Of a DNA stretch of 64,000 bases, positions 1 through 9,688 are shown piece after piece. Location: NCBI GenBank assembly GCA_965262915.1, contig OZ253564.1, positions 4,672,001 through 4,736,000 on the forward strand, written 5' to 3'. The stretch comes from Candidatus Spongiisociaceae bacterium (GTDB lineage Bacteria > Actinomycetota > Acidimicrobiia > Spongiisociales > Spongiisociaceae). Numbering within the stretch: position 1 is the first letter of the stretch; every line of letters begins with the position of its first letter. Made by a program: the position numbers and the translations under genes. The notes beneath the pieces were generated by a model, which searched no databases, was not told where the DNA came from, and saw only the letters and a program-made list of their open reading frames with translations.

Positions 1-877
1 TCCTGAACGGGCCCTCGGTCCGCTCGACCAGATCCTCGGTCATCTTCTGGAACTCGGCCCGGGTGAGCCTCTTCTGCAGGTGCAGGGGTCCCGCCGCGGT
101 GGCGGTGATGAAGGGAAGGTTGAGATCGGTCTCGGGGACGGTCGACAGCTCGATCTTGGCCTTCTCGGCCGCTTCCTTGAGGCGCTGCACGGCCATCCTG
201 TCGCTCCCGAGGTCCACACCGTTCTCGTTCTTGAACTCGGACACCAGCCAGTCGATGATCGCCTCGTCCCAATCGTCCCCGCCCAGTTGGGTATCTCCGC
301 TGGTGGACTTCACCTCGAACACACCATCGCCGATCTCCAGGATGGAGACATCGAAGGTGCCGCCCCCGAGGTCGAAAACCAGGATGGTCTGCTCGACGTC
401 CTCCTTGTCGAGCCCGTAGGCCAGGGCGGCGGCGGTGGGCTCGTTGACGATGCGCGAGACCTCGAGGCCGGCGATCTGACCGGACTCCTTGGTGGCCTGC
501 CGCTGGGCATCGTTGAAGTATGCGGGAACGGTGATCACCGCCGAGGTGACCTCGCTTCCGAGGTAGGCCTCGGCGTCCCTCTTCAGCTTCATCAGGATCC
601 GGGCCGACACCTCCTGGGCCGTATAGCGCTTGCGGTCCGCCCGGGCGGACCAGCCGGTACCCATGTGACGCTTGACGGACCGGATCGTGTTGTCCGGATT
701 GGTGATGGCCTGGCGCTTGGCGACCTCGCCCACCATGACATCCCCCTCCTTGAAGGCCACCACGGACGGGGTGGTGCGGCCACCCTCGGCGTTGGCGACC
801 ACGGTGGGCTCCCCACCCTCGAGCACCGCGATCACGCTGTTGGTGGTGCCCAGATCGATTCCGACGGCCTTGGCCAT
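1..877 (-). CDS. dnaK: Chaperone DnaK (5' part; runs off window edge)
   Basis: Not in ORF track because it is truncated. Reverse strand reads [14 protein letters not shown]...[15 protein letters not shown]...[10 protein letters not shown]; RBS GAAGGAG upstream of ATG at 877. Confidence 0.97.
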   Translation of the reverse strand, partial: MAKAVGIDLGTTNSVIAVLEGGEPTVVANAEGGRTTPSVVAFKEGDVMVGEVAKRQAITNPDNTIRSVKRHMGTGWSARADRKRYTAQEVSARILMKLKRDAEAYLGSEVTSAVITVPAYFNDAQRQATKESGQIAGLEVSRIVNEPTAAALAYGLDKEDVEQTILVFDLGGGTFDVSILEIGDGVFEVKSTSGDTQLGGDDWDEAIIDWLVSEFKNENGVDLGSDRMAVQRLKEAAEKAKIELSTVPETDLNLPFITATAAGPLHLQKRLTRAEFQKMTEDLVERTEGPFR

Positions 878-934
878 TCGAGTCTCCTTCTCTTACTTCA
901 GGTCGGTGGTTCTCAGTCTATCCGATAGGTATAA

Positions 935-955
935 CCTGAGTCATACCTTATCATA
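935..955. promoter_or_regulatory. Degenerate HspR (HAIR) operator upstream of dnaK
   Basis: CCTGAGT-N7-TATCATA vs consensus CTTGAGT-N7-ACTCAAG; only one good half-site. Confidence 0.35.
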
Positions 956-1085
956 TTCCTGCTATCCGGCGTCATCCGGTGCTTGGTCGCCGACGGCTGG
1001 GGGCCCGCCTGCGGCTGTGGTGTCCGACCGGTCGCTGTCGCCTTGCTGCGACAGAAGCCCACCCGATCTCCTGAGCCGGTCGCAT

Positions 1086-1145
1086 ATTTAAGGATTTTGA
1101 GGCCTTTATAAGTAAATCCCTTATAAGCGGTGCAAATCCTTAAAT
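1086..1145. repeat. AT-rich nested inverted repeat
   Basis: ATTTAAGGATTT (1086-1097) / AAATCCTTAAAT (1134-1145) with inner TTATAAG (1106-1112) / CTTATAA (1120-1126). Confidence 0.8.
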
Positions 1146-1200
1146 GTCCTCGATCCGGTGCAGGAGAATGCCTCGAACGGCATGGCGGGTGTTCATCGCA

Positions 1201-2373
1201 TCATGTCATCCGTCGGCTTATGAATCGGTCGAACATCGGAACAGTGAAGTCGATGATCCCGTGACGCGGGGAATAGCAGAGCCCCCGCTTGATGAGGGCG
1301 TCGCGGTGCGGACCGACCTGGCCGGTCGTCTTGCCCATTGCCGCGGCGACCTCACCCGAGGCGTAGGGTCCCGCGCCCAGTGAGGCAATTGCCGAGAGGT
1401 AGGTACGTTCGGTGTCCGTGGTTCGGTCTATCCGGACGCGGAAGAATCCGGTGTCGAGTTCGTCGGTAGCGATGGGAATGGCTGCATCGACGTCGGTGGG
1501 CGTGATCTCTTCGGGTCCTTCGGCAATGTTCCAGACCTGCTTGCCGAATTCTTGGAGAAAATAGGGGTAGCCTCGGGTTCGGGTCACGACCCGTTCAAGA
1601 GCATCTGGATGCCATCGGACACCCTCGGCTTGGGCGGGCTCGACAAGAGCAGTCGTCGCCTCGTCTGCTTTGAGGCTGTTGATGACCCTGAACTCGAACA
1701 ACCGCTCGGCGTACGACCTGGCGTCACCGACCAGAGCGAGGAGCGATGGCAGCCCGGCGCCGGCCACCACGAACGGAAGTTGTTCTTGACCGATGCTATG
1801 TAGGCCCACGATGAGCGCCTTTAGATGACGCCGACTCAGATACTGCATCTCATCGATGGTGAAGAGAACCCCGACACCTCGGGCCTTAGCCAGTTCGCCG
1901 ACCTCGATAAACAAGTCGGCAAGGTCGTGGTCGAGTTCTCCCGAGTCAGCGTAACCGGGCACCGGGTCGAACCCGGCCACGATATCCCCGTTGACAGGGA
2001 GTTCCCAGCGTACTTGGAATGACTTGAGCACCCCCCGCGCGCGACGGGCCCGTTCAGCGACCCGCTCGCCGATGGACAGACGTAGGATCGCCTTCCGTAC
2101 CAGGATGGCGAGGGTCTCGGGGAATCTGAGGTCCTCGGTTGCTTCGATCCTCTGGTATACCCAGCGGCTGCGTTCGCCGATGCGACCGAACTCTCTGAGG
2201 AGCACGGTCTTGCCGACCCCTCGGAGGCCGGTGAGCAGCATGCTCCTCGCTGAACGGCCCAAACCGAATCGTCTGACGGCGATGTCGAAGGCCTCAATCG
2301 CATGTTCGCGACCCACCAACGCGGGCGGCGGAGCACCTGCGCCCGGATTGTATGAGTTTCGCGCCGGGTCCAT
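1201..2373 (-). CDS. AAA ATPase (AAA_16-like) with C-terminal winged-helix-like region
   Basis: NPGAG..P..LVGRE N-terminus, Walker A GLRGVGKT, Walker B FTIDEMQ, GYPYFLQ. Confidence 0.85.
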   Translation of the reverse strand: MDPARNSYNPGAGAPPPALVGREHAIEAFDIAVRRFGLGRSARSMLLTGLRGVGKTVLLREFGRIGERSRWVYQRIEATEDLRFPETLAILVRKAILRLSIGERVAERARRARGVLKSFQVRWELPVNGDIVAGFDPVPGYADSGELDHDLADLFIEVGELAKARGVGVLFTIDEMQYLSRRHLKALIVGLHSIGQEQLPFVVAGAGLPSLLALVGDARSYAERLFEFRVINSLKADEATTALVEPAQAEGVRWHPDALERVVTRTRGYPYFLQEFGKQVWNIAEGPEEITPTDVDAAIPIATDELDTGFFRVRIDRTTDTERTYLSAIASLGAGPYASGEVAAAMGKTTGQVGPHRDALIKRGLCYSPRHGIIDFTVPMFDRFISRRMT

Positions 2374-2544
2374 CAACTGATGATAAGTATTCGTGGCGGC
2401 TCTTGAAGGTTTCTCTTATGAACGATACGAATCTCGATCGCTTTCGAGCCGCTGCGCCAGAAGATACAGAAGGAATCGTCGGCGTCTCTGAGAAGGTCTC
2501 CGGTACCCCGGCTTGCTCCAGAACCAGATTCCGGGCGGCGTGGT

Positions 2545-3024
2545 TCAGATCTCGCGGTAGCGCCGGCTGGAGATTACGCCGGTGTCGAAGCCGGCCAGGT
2601 TGAGGCGCCCCGAGAACCGGGCGTGCTCGATCTTGAGGCAGCGGTCCTGTACCACCTCGAGTCCGGCGTCGATAGCGGTCCGGGCGGCCTCGTCGTGGCG
2701 GAGGCCCAGCTGGAACCACACCACCTTGGCCCCGATGGCGATGGCGTCATCGACCACTCCCGGGAGCGCCGAGTGCTTGCGGAACACGTCCACGATGTCG
2801 GGAACCTCGGGTAGCGCGGCCAGGGAGGGATAGCACTTCAACCCGAGGATCTCGTCGTACATCGGGTTCACCGGGTACACCCTGAAGTGAGTACGCACCA
2901 GATAGGCGGCCACGAAGTTGGACGACCGAAGCACGTTCCCGGAGACCCCCACCAGTGCAGCCGACTTCGCCTCGCGGATGATCCGGAGGCGGGTGCGGGG
3001 GTCGGCTTCCAGCACTCTGGTCAT
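2545..3024 (-). CDS. CoA-binding protein (YccU-like)
   Basis: ALVGVS, VYPVNP, PDIVDVFR, VWFQLG, DRCLKIEH; ATG at 3024 just after the metY stop. Confidence 0.9.
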   Translation of the reverse strand: MTRVLEADPRTRLRIIREAKSAALVGVSGNVLRSSNFVAAYLVRTHFRVYPVNPMYDEILGLKCYPSLAALPEVPDIVDVFRKHSALPGVVDDAIAIGAKVVWFQLGLRHDEAARTAIDAGLEVVQDRCLKIEHARFSGRLNLAGFDTGVISSRRYREI

Positions 3025-3026
3025 CG

Positions 3027-4304
3027 TCAACTCCCCAGTGCCTGGTCGAGGTCCCAAATGATGTCCTCGATGTTCTCGAGACCGACCGAGATACGGATCA
3101 TGTCGTTTCCTACTCCTGCGGCGTCCCGCTCCTCCGCCGGAACCTGCTGGTGGGTGGTGCTAGCAGGATGTATCACCAGTGTCTTCGCGTCACCGACGTT
3201 GGCGAGATGGCTGGCCAGTTCCACTCCTTTGATGAACGACACCCCCGTCTCGTACCCACCCGCTATGCCGAAAGTGAACACCGCCCCGGGGCCGGCCGGC
3301 ACGTACTTGCGGGCCAAGTCGTAGGACGGATGGGATGGGAGGCCCGGATAGGACACCCACGAGACGCGGGAGTCGTTCTCCAGGAACTCCGCAACCGCCC
3401 GGGCGTTCGCAACGTGACGTTCCATACGCATCGAAAGCGTCTCGAGGCCCAGCAGCAGCAGGAACGAACTGAACGGCGAGAGCGCCGCTCCGATATCCCG
3501 CATCAACTCGGTACGGGCCTTCATCAGATAGGCGTACTCCCGAAAGTTCTCCCAGAAGCGGAGATCGTGGTAGGCGCGTGACGGTTCGACGATCGCCGGG
3601 AAGCGTCCGTTGTTCCACGGGAACTGCCCGCTCTCGACGATGACCCCGGCGATGACCGTACCGTGCCCCCCGATGAACTTGGTCGCCGAGTGCACCACCA
3701 CGTCGACACCGTACTCGATGGGGCGGCAGAGGGCGGGGCTGGCGAAGGTGTTGTCGACCACCACCGGCAGGCCGTACGAATGGGCGAGATCGGCGATGAC
3801 CTCGAGATCGAGTACGTCACCCCCCGGGTTGCCGATCGTCTCGCCGTAGATCAGCCGGGTCCGGTCGGTGATGGCGGCCTCCATGGCTTCGGTGTCGTTC
3901 GTATCGACGAAGGTCGTCTCGATCCCCATCCGGCGCAGCGTCACGTCGAACTGAGTGAAGGTTCCGCCGTACAGGGCCCGGTTGGCGATCAGGTGGTCGC
4001 CCGCCTCGCAGATGGTGAGGATCGACAGGAGCTGAGCCGACATCCCGGAAGCGGTGGCCAGGCCACCCAGCCCACCCTCCAGCGAAGCCATGCGCTCCTC
4101 GAAGGCGGCGTTGGTCGGGTTGCCGATGCGGGTGTAGATGTTGCCGAAGCTCTGCAAGGCGAACAGGTCTGCCGCGTACTGCGGATCGTCGAACACGTAG
4201 GACGTGGTCTGGTAGATGGGCATGGCGCGTGCACCCGTCTCCGGATCCGGTCTCTGACCGGCGTGGATGGAGCGGGTATCGAAACCGAACATGTGTCTGC
4301 TCAT
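3027..4304 (-). CDS. metY: O-acetylhomoserine sulfhydrylase (aminocarboxypropyltransferase)
   Basis: PIYQTTSY, YTRIGNPT, PLP lysine motif HSATKFIGGHG, HLANVGDAKTLVIHPASTTH. Confidence 0.92.
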   Translation of the reverse strand: MSRHMFGFDTRSIHAGQRPDPETGARAMPIYQTTSYVFDDPQYAADLFALQSFGNIYTRIGNPTNAAFEERMASLEGGLGGLATASGMSAQLLSILTICEAGDHLIANRALYGGTFTQFDVTLRRMGIETTFVDTNDTEAMEAAITDRTRLIYGETIGNPGGDVLDLEVIADLAHSYGLPVVVDNTFASPALCRPIEYGVDVVVHSATKFIGGHGTVIAGVIVESGQFPWNNGRFPAIVEPSRAYHDLRFWENFREYAYLMKARTELMRDIGAALSPFSSFLLLLGLETLSMRMERHVANARAVAEFLENDSRVSWVSYPGLPSHPSYDLARKYVPAGPGAVFTFGIAGGYETGVSFIKGVELASHLANVGDAKTLVIHPASTTHQQVPAEERDAAGVGNDMIRISVGLENIEDIIWDLDQALGS

Positions 4305-4325
4305 GACCGCCTGCTCATGGTGGGT

Positions 4326-5516
4326 TCAACAGGGAAAACCCCATTCGGATTCCAGATGATAACGGAGATGGGGCTCGAAGAGATGCGGCTCCAGCAGGAA
4401 GGCATCGTGGCCCTTCTCGGAGTGGACGGTGATCCAGTTGAACGGGAGTCCGGCCGCTTTGAGTTCCTCGGTCAGTTCCTCCTGCTCGATGCGGTAGTAA
4501 CAGACATCCGAGTCGATGGAGAACACCAGATACTCGTGGGCGCCACCCGCCAGCAACTCGGGCATGGTGACCCCCCGCCGCTCGGCCTCGGCGTAGAGGT
4601 CGAAGTCCTGCCAGGCCCACATGGTCCGCAGGTAGGCGTTGGCGTCGAAGCGCTTGACGAACTTGTGTCCCTGGTGCCACATGTAGCTCTCGAGAGGCAA
4701 GCGAACCCGTTCGTCGGCGGCGGCCACCACCTCGCCCCTGGCCCGCTCCCGTATCTGGCCCAGCGATACGAACGTCTTGTGTCCGATCATCCTGGCGAGG
4801 GCGAGACCGGCGTCAGGCGGGGGACCCTCGTAGTAGTCGCCGCCGTTGAAGTTCGGATCGTTGTAGATGGCGGTGATCTGCTCGAAGTCATGGATGACGT
4901 GCAGGGCCGTGGCCCGCAACCCGGCCGATATCGGAATGACGAAGCGGACCCGGTCGGGGTAGCGGGTAGCGACGTCGAGGCACATCATGCCACCCACGCT
5001 CCCACCCACCACGGCGTGGAGTCGATCGATCCCCAACTCGTCGAGCAGCCGGAAGTGAGCCCGCACGGTGTCCCCCGCCGACACCCGGGGGAACGACCCC
5101 CCATAGGGCTTACCGGTAACCGGGTCGATGCTCGGGGGACCGGTCGAGCCGTAGCAATGACCCACCCAGTTGGCGCAGATCACCGCGAACTTGTCGGTGT
5201 TGAGGGACCGACCCGACCCGATGAAGTCGTCCCACCACCCGACCTGCATCTGCTCGGTCCAGCGACCGCCCGTTCCCGGAACCCCCAAGTTGTAGCCGGC
5301 GGCGTGGTGGCTCCCGGTGAGGGCGTGGAACAGCAGGATGGCGTTGTCCCGGGCCTCGTTGAGTTCCCCGTAGATCTCGTAGGCCAGCGTGATCTCCGGC
5401 ATCGTGGCGCCGCTGTCGAACACGAACGGATCCGTTTCGCTACCAAAGGTGAAGTATTGGGTTTTGACCGGCCCGACGCCTTTGCCCACGTTCGTCCCCG
5501 ACTGTGTTGGAGTCAC
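4326..5516 (-). CDS. metX: Homoserine O-acetyltransferase
   Basis: HALTGS, GWWDDFIG, nucleophile GGSVGGM, FDANAY, GHDAFLLE. GTG at 5516 chosen because it lies 5 nt after TATCGT (leaderless). Confidence 0.9.
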   Translation of the reverse strand: MTPTQSGTNVGKGVGPVKTQYFTFGSETDPFVFDSGATMPEITLAYEIYGELNEARDNAILLFHALTGSHHAAGYNLGVPGTGGRWTEQMQVGWWDDFIGSGRSLNTDKFAVICANWVGHCYGSTGPPSIDPVTGKPYGGSFPRVSAGDTVRAHFRLLDELGIDRLHAVVGGSVGGMMCLDVATRYPDRVRFVIPISAGLRATALHVIHDFEQITAIYNDPNFNGGDYYEGPPPDAGLALARMIGHKTFVSLGQIRERARGEVVAAADERVRLPLESYMWHQGHKFVKRFDANAYLRTMWAWQDFDLYAEAERRGVTMPELLAGGAHEYLVFSIDSDVCYYRIEQEELTEELKAAGLPFNWITVHSEKGHDAFLLEPHLFEPHLRYHLESEWGFPC

Positions 5517-5637
5517 CGCTAACGATATCAAGGTATCCGGGGGTCTCGATCGCTTCCCCCTTCGATTTCATTCGAACCGCCGTGCCGGGCGTGCGGACCG
5601 TGGTCGGAAACCGGAATGAAGGTTGCACAGGTGCGGG

Positions 5638-6231
5638 TTACAGCGCCTGGCGCCCCGTCAGGGCTCGTCCGAGGGTGATCTCGTCGGCGTAGTCCATATC
5701 GCCACCGACAGGGAGACCGCTCGCCGGGCGGGTGACGGTCACGCCCAGAGGCTTGAACCGGCGGGCCAGGTACATGGCGGTGGTGTCACCCTCGATGGTG
5801 GGGTTGGTGGCGACGATCACCTCGGAAACCGATTCGGTCGGCAACCGAGCCGCCAGTTCCTCGATGCGCAACTGGGCGGGTCCGATCCCGTCGATCGGAG
5901 AAAGGGCGCCGCCCAGCACGTGGTACCGCCCGTTGAATTCCCGGGTCCGCTCCACGACCGCGATGTCCTGGGCGCGTTCGACCACGCAGAGGACGGTCGG
6001 GTCCCGCCGCAGATCCAGGCAGATCGAACACTCGACCCCGGAGGTTACGTTGTAACAGCGGGAACAGAACGAGGTCTGCTCGCGCAACTCGACGATGGCC
6101 TGCGCCAGGGCACGGGCATCGGACTCCTCCACGTTGAGGAGATGGAAGGCCAGGCGCTGGGCCGACTTCCGTCCTACGCCGGGGAGTCGGGTCAGTTCAT
6201 CGATCAATCTCTGGACGGGCCGTTCGAACAT
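5638..6231 (-). CDS. recR: Recombination mediator RecR
   Basis: LPGVGRKSAQRLAF, C4 zinc finger, YHVLGGALSP, ATNPTIEGDTTA. Confidence 0.97.
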   Translation of the reverse strand: MFERPVQRLIDELTRLPGVGRKSAQRLAFHLLNVEESDARALAQAIVELREQTSFCSRCYNVTSGVECSICLDLRRDPTVLCVVERAQDIAVVERTREFNGRYHVLGGALSPIDGIGPAQLRIEELAARLPTESVSEVIVATNPTIEGDTTAMYLARRFKPLGVTVTRPASGLPVGGDMDYADEITLGRALTGRQAL

Positions 6232-6303
6232 CAGCTTTTCCAGCGTAGCCGTCGGCCGGGCCAGGACGGTTGCACGGGGCGGGCAAGGACCGGATCCGGC
6301 GCG

Positions 6304-8106
6304 CTACGGCTCGTCGATCACCGTGGCGCCCAGTTCCGTCTGGAGTAGAGAGACCGCATCGGTTGCGGACGCCGGCGCCTCCGGCAGGCTGTCCTTGTCG
6401 GGGAGGGCGTGGTCCGCTTCGTCGGCCGGGTCCGGGTCGGAATGGACCGAACCGTCCGCAGCCCGGAACGATACCGACAGGTTCGCACCCAGCAGCGCCT
6501 CCGCTCGTTCGGACAGGAAACGTTTCAGCTCGGCATCGGTCGAGAGCTGCTCGAGGTGGAAGGCGGCCGGAACCGTGAACACCAGGGTGGAGCCTTCCAC
6601 GCCCCCCGGGATAGCGTCCCGGAACAGGGCTGCTCGGCGATAACCCAGCCGTTCCCTGACACCGGCCATCAGCTGCGGCCAGATCCGGTCGAGGTCGGCC
6701 GGCGTAGGAGGTCGATCCTCCGCCGCCGTGGGCGTGGCCGGTGGCGACGCCGGAGCATCGACCCGCGAGGGATCCCGAGGAGGGCCGGGAGCGGCGGCAA
6801 CCGGGGCGGCATCATCCCGATCAGGGAACCCGATCTCCGCGGCCGGAGAGGCTCGGTGGGGATCGGGCCCTGGGTCCGGTGACGGAAGGGATGCCGCGGC
6901 CGGCGTAGGTGCTCGTGCGGATGGCTGTGGAGCCGATTGCGGCAGGGCGGGCATTCCGATCCCGCCCCTCTCCAGCTTCTCCAACCGCCTCAGCAGCGCC
7001 CCGGCCCCGTCGTCCAGCTCCGGCCGGACCAGCCTGAGGACCGCCAACTCCAGCATCATCCGTTCCTCGCGGCCCTCCCTCAGCTTCACCAGCGCCTCTC
7101 CCAGCAGGTCCAGCGCCCTCATGGCAGCCCCCGGCGGGAGCCGCCCGGCCACCTCGCTCCATCCGGCCACAACTTCGGCGGGCTCATCGGTGAGATCCCC
7201 GACGTTGGGGCTGTACATGGTCAGGAACACCCCCCGGAATAAGGCCAGAGCATCCCCCGCGAAACGCCGCAGGTCGACGCCGTGGGCCACCAGGCCGGCC
7301 ACCAGCTCCAGCGCCGCCCTGGCATCTTCCTCGACGAGCGCGCCCACCAGCACCGACAACGCCTCCGGACCGGCGATCCCGAGGGCGTTGCGGACACCCT
7401 CGGGGGTGACGGAACCATCCAGCGCCGCCACCTGCTCGAGGAGGCTCAGCGCGTCCCGTACCGAGCCGGCGGCCCGGCGAGCTACCGCCACCAGGGCTTC
7501 GGTAGAGGCCTGGTAACCCTCCGCATCGCACACCCTCCGGAGGTGGCCGGCTATGAGGTCGGTGGGAATCAGGCGGAAGTCGAAACGCTGGCTGCGCGAG
7601 CGGATCGTGTCCAGCAGGCGGTAGGGCTCGGTGGTGGCCAGCACGAAATGAACATGTTCCGGGGGCTCCTCGAGTGTCTTGAGCAACGCGTTGCCGGCCG
7701 ACTTGGTGAGCATGTGGGCCTCGTCGAGGATGAACACCCGCTTGGCGCCTCCCACCGACGCGACCGTGGACACGCTGGTCCTCAACTCCCGGATGTCCTC
7801 CACCTTGTTGTGGGAGGCGGCGTCGAGCTCCAGCACGTCCATGGACGAGGAGCCGGCTACCGCGGTACAGGAAGGGCACGTCCCGCACGGCTCCCCGGCC
7901 GCCTCGCGGTGCGGGCAGTTCAGAGACTTGGCCAGCAACCTGGCCGTGGTCGTCTTGCCGGTACCCCGGGGCCCCGCGAAGAGGTAGGCATGGGCCACCC
8001 GGCCCTCGGCGATCTCCTTGGACAGGGTATGGGTGACGTGATCCTGCCCGATCACCTCGTCGAAGCGCTGGGGACGGTACTTGCGGTAGAGCGCCTGGTA
8101 CTCCAC
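6304..8106 (-). CDS. dnaX: DNA polymerase III subunit gamma/tau
   Basis: ALYRKYRPQRF, GPRGTGKTT, DEAHML, LKTLEEPP, TIRSR; Pro/Ala linker; GTG 6 nt after TACGAT. Confidence 0.95.
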   Translation of the reverse strand: MEYQALYRKYRPQRFDEVIGQDHVTHTLSKEIAEGRVAHAYLFAGPRGTGKTTTARLLAKSLNCPHREAAGEPCGTCPSCTAVAGSSSMDVLELDAASHNKVEDIRELRTSVSTVASVGGAKRVFILDEAHMLTKSAGNALLKTLEEPPEHVHFVLATTEPYRLLDTIRSRSQRFDFRLIPTDLIAGHLRRVCDAEGYQASTEALVAVARRAAGSVRDALSLLEQVAALDGSVTPEGVRNALGIAGPEALSVLVGALVEEDARAALELVAGLVAHGVDLRRFAGDALALFRGVFLTMYSPNVGDLTDEPAEVVAGWSEVAGRLPPGAAMRALDLLGEALVKLREGREERMMLELAVLRLVRPELDDGAGALLRRLEKLERGGIGMPALPQSAPQPSARAPTPAAASLPSPDPGPDPHRASPAAEIGFPDRDDAAPVAAAPGPPRDPSRVDAPASPPATPTAAEDRPPTPADLDRIWPQLMAGVRERLGYRRAALFRDAIPGGVEGSTLVFTVPAAFHLEQLSTDAELKRFLSERAEALLGANLSVSFRAADGSVHSDPDPADEADHALPDKDSLPEAPASATDAVSLLQTELGATVIDEP

Positions 8107-8149
8107 CCCCCGGATCGTACTCGCCCACGGTGACATAGAACTACGGCCG

Positions 8150-8480
8150 GCCGGAGTGCTCGCCGCCGGCGGACATCACACCTACGGGCTGCGTACGGAT
8201 GGGACCATCAGATGCCGGGGCGACAAGTTCCCGAAGGGGCCGGCGCATCCAGGCACCTGGAGACGCCCGCCGGGCAGTACCTGGCCATGGCCATCGGTCA
8301 GGACCACTCCTGCGCGATAGGCACCCATGGCGCAATCGCCTGCTGGGGTGAGAACTCATCGGGGAATACCGAACCGCCGGAGGGGAGTTTCGCCGATGAG
8401 TTAGTCGGGCGTTCCCACTCGTGCAGAATCCTCTCCGAGGGTGGCATCTCGTGCTGGGGTTCGAATTCCTTGAGGAGGCC
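8150..8480 (+). pseudogene. Decayed RCC1-repeat protein fragment (about 3 repeats, frameshifted)
   Basis: AAGGHHTYGLRTDGTIRCRG in one frame; AIGQDHSCAIGTHGAIACWGEN and VGRSHSCRILSEGGISCWGSN in another; no convincing start. Confidence 0.7.
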
Positions 8481-8637
8481 CCAATCTCCGGATGGAAGAT
8501 TTCACCGCCTTAGAAGGGTGGTGCAAGACCCCTTCACGGCCTGTCGGCACAAAGCAAGTTGTCCACTAACATCATCTATCGATGTCTATTGGCCATCGGC
8601 CATCGCGCAGCGACTATCGTCGGAGGGTGGGGGATCG

Positions 8638-9654
8638 ATGGACCGACTGAAGCGAGTGAACCGGACCGAGCGGGAGAGGCGGGAGCAGTCCGACCTCGCC
8701 CCGGCTGCTACCAGATCCGCGGAATCCAAGGGCAGGGAACGACCCGAAGAACCCGACCCGCTCCGGACCGCTTTCGAGCGGGACCGGGATCGGATAGTCC
8801 ACTGCAACGCCATCCGCCGACTTGCCCGCAAGACGCAGGTGTTCATCGACCCGGACGACGACCACTTCGTGACCCGGCTCACCCACTCCCTCCAGGTGGC
8901 CCAGATCGGCCGCGCCATGGCGATCGCGCTCGGTCTGAACGAGGCGCTCACCGAGGCGATCTGCCTGGGACACGACATCGGCCACGCGCCGTTCGGCCAC
9001 ACCGGGGAGGAAGCTCTGGCCGAGATCGTGGACGGAGGGTGGATCCACTCGTACCATTCGGTGCGGGTCCTGTCGGTCTTGGAGCCGCTCAACCTGACGT
9101 GGGAGACGCTGGACGGCATCAGGGCACATCCATGGCGCGTAGATCCCCCACCCACCACCCCCGAGGGGGGGTTGTGCCGCTTCGCCGACCGGATCGCCTA
9201 CCTGAGCCACGACCTGATCGACGCCATGCGGGCGGACATCATCCGCTACCGGGACCTGCCGTTCCGGGCCCAGGCTCTGCTGGGGGACCGCCACGGGCGT
9301 TGGGTCACCGCCATGGTGCATGCCGTGGTCGACGGATCCATCGCGGCCGGGACCATCAGCATGGATCCCGACATCGCCCAGGCCATGGCGGAGTTGAGAG
9401 CCTTCATGTTCGAGCGTGTCTACCTGCGCGCCGAGGGGGAGCCGCACCGTCGCGAGGCCATCAGGATCGTCCAGGACCTGGTGCGTCACTACGAAGCCCA
9501 CCCCTCCGAGGTCCCCTCCGCTCCCCTTCCCGGCAGCTCGCCTCTGGAGCGGGCGGTCGATTACGTTGCAGGGATGACCGATCGCTTCGCCTACCGCACT
9601 CACACCGAGCGCAGCGGACAGGTTGGTCAGTGGCCGGTGATCGGTGATCGGTAG
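8638..9654 (+). CDS. dgt: Deoxyguanosinetriphosphate triphosphohydrolase (HD domain)
   Basis: RTAFERDRDRI, KTQVF, TRLTHSL, GHDIGHAPFGH, DYVAGMTD; GGAGG upstream of ATG 8638. Confidence 0.9.
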   Translation: MDRLKRVNRTERERREQSDLAPAATRSAESKGRERPEEPDPLRTAFERDRDRIVHCNAIRRLARKTQVFIDPDDDHFVTRLTHSLQVAQIGRAMAIALGLNEALTEAICLGHDIGHAPFGHTGEEALAEIVDGGWIHSYHSVRVLSVLEPLNLTWETLDGIRAHPWRVDPPPTTPEGGLCRFADRIAYLSHDLIDAMRADIIRYRDLPFRAQALLGDRHGRWVTAMVHAVVDGSIAAGTISMDPDIAQAMAELRAFMFERVYLRAEGEPHRREAIRIVQDLVRHYEAHPSEVPSAPLPGSSPLERAVDYVAGMTDRFAYRTHTERSGQVGQWPVIGDR

Positions 9655-9680
9655 TGCCAGTGGTCAATGGTCGGTTGTAG
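9620..9680. repeat. Degenerate heptamer tandem array (YCRRTRR)
   Basis: tcagtgg ccggtga tcggtga tcggtag .. ccagtgg tcaatgg tcggttg. Confidence 0.7.
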
Positions 9681-9688
9681 GAGGAACG

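Noticed and set aside
3663-5522. Long opposite-strand ORFs (e.g. 3663..5522, 11831..13462, 16308..17783, 30090..31496, 40756..42141)
   Set aside because: Shadow ORFs typical of high-GC DNA, overlapping well-supported genes and lacking motifs
5517-5637. SAM riboswitch upstream of metX-metY
   Set aside because: No SAM-I/SAM-IV core (ATC..AGAG...GCAACC...GTGC) recognisable, and metX appears leaderless
8107-8300. SRP RNA (ffs) next to dnaX, and ybaB between dnaX and recR
   Set aside because: No SRP domain IV motif visible; the 72-bp dnaX-recR gap is too short for ybaB
8212-9654. 480-aa RCC1-dGTPase fusion as a real protein
   Set aside because: RCC1 part is degraded and frameshifted upstream, linker is non-coding-like, and dgt has its own RBS at 8638
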